Shown: piece after piece, positions 63,258-63,759 of the stretch
How positions within the stretch are numbered: the first letter of the stretch is position 1
Layout of the letters: every line of letters begins with the position of its first letter
Source: an uncultured Candidatus Saccharibacteria bacterium
GTDB taxonomy: Bacteria; Patescibacteriota; Minisyncoccia; UBA6257; WO2-44-18
Assembly: GCA_964355005.1 (NCBI GenBank)
Contig: CAYHBX010000001.1
Span: 1-63,759, forward strand
Direction of reading: 5' to 3'
Length of the DNA stretch: 63,759 nt
Made by a program: the position numbers and the translations under genes
The notes under the pieces: model-generated
Told to the model about the DNA's origin: nothing
Databases searched by the model: none
Seen by the model: the letters and a program-made list of their open reading frames with translations, nothing else

Positions 63258-63337
63258 ACCAATAGTTCCAAAGCTCATTTTACCGTGCGGTAAAAGAGCG
63301 TAAAACAACCCGTTAACCCAATTCAAGGAGGTCTACC

Positions 63338-63759
63338 GTGAGCGGAAAAAAGAAGACGGAAGAAGATGTCGAGAAGAGTCAGAATCTGACCGAAGATGTG
63401 ATCGGAGCTCTCCGCGAGGAGAATGAAAGACTTCAGAAGTTGGTGGATGGCTCGGCCCCAAAGGAGCTGACCAAGTCCGTGCTGGAGGGCGCCCATGCGC
63501 AACTGCGGAAGATCAGCGACGGCGCCGGAGATCTGATGAGGGAATCGGCCAAAGCGTGCGATTCCATCACGGCTCTGCTCTCCAAGCTGGAGGTGACCAA
63601 GGTCAGCGAGATCAATGCCTCGGCTTGCAAGTTCCCCACCTGGAAAACCATCAAGCTGGGAACTCGTCCCAACGTGGCAGCTCTCAAGCGGGCGATCATC
63701 GCCCAGAAGAACCGGATCTCCCCCTGGGGTAATGACATTCTGGACAGAATCTCGGTCAG
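63338..63759 (+). CDS. paralogue of 56337-56978 with a different, longer coiled-coil N-terminus (runs off window end)
   Basis: GTG 7 nt after AAGGAGG; open to the window end. The last 128 nt are identical to 56514-56641. Confidence 0.6.
   Translation, partial: MSGKKKTEEDVEKSQNLTEDVIGALREENERLQKLVDGSAPKELTKSVLEGAHAQLRKISDGAGDLMRESAKACDSITALLSKLEVTKVSEINASACKFPTWKTIKLGTRPNVAALKRAIIAQKNRISPWGNDILDRISV

Overview
This 63.8-kb window is a gene-dense bacterial chromosome segment spanning the replication-origin neighbourhood (dnaN-dnaA | rpmH-rnpA-yidC-jag). Gene content suggests a reduced-genome, Patescibacteria/CPR-like organism: polA is split into two ORFs, UvrB and YebC are short, and there is a four-helix-bundle IVS-type protein, a PrgI/VirB4/VirB6-type locus and standard stop codons. 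This taxonomic placement is inference only. The backbone (hand-sampled 33-50 % G+C) encodes replication, repair and recombination functions (ruvABC, uvrB, a uvrD/pcrA-like helicase, mutM, recA, holA, dnaN, dnaA, ftsK), cell-envelope functions (a Mur ligase, PBP1A, an M23/LysM peptidase, yidC), metK, folD, rsmA, tsaE, rpsT and five tRNA genes. An 11-gene type-IV-secretion-like operon lies at 25.8-36.8 kb. Four unusual layers sit on this backbone. (1) At least nine short, much more GC-rich one- or two-gene cassettes, each with its own near-consensus promoter and terminator, encode orphan proteins. Two of them share a 128-nt identical block with a sharp boundary, and two share a conserved promoter and leader. 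(2) A superfamily of hairpin/TIR elements has CCC(C)NCAC termini. It includes a 49-51-nt two-stem hairpin with compensatory changes, a roughly 130-bp element that splits a phosphomannomutase gene in frame, and one copy that carries a complete tRNA-Leu. (3) All tRNA loci show nested fragments or att-like duplications. (4) Low-complexity word repeats form intergenic hairpins and also occur in frame inside conserved enzymes. No rRNA genes, CRISPR arrays, transposases or integrases are visible.
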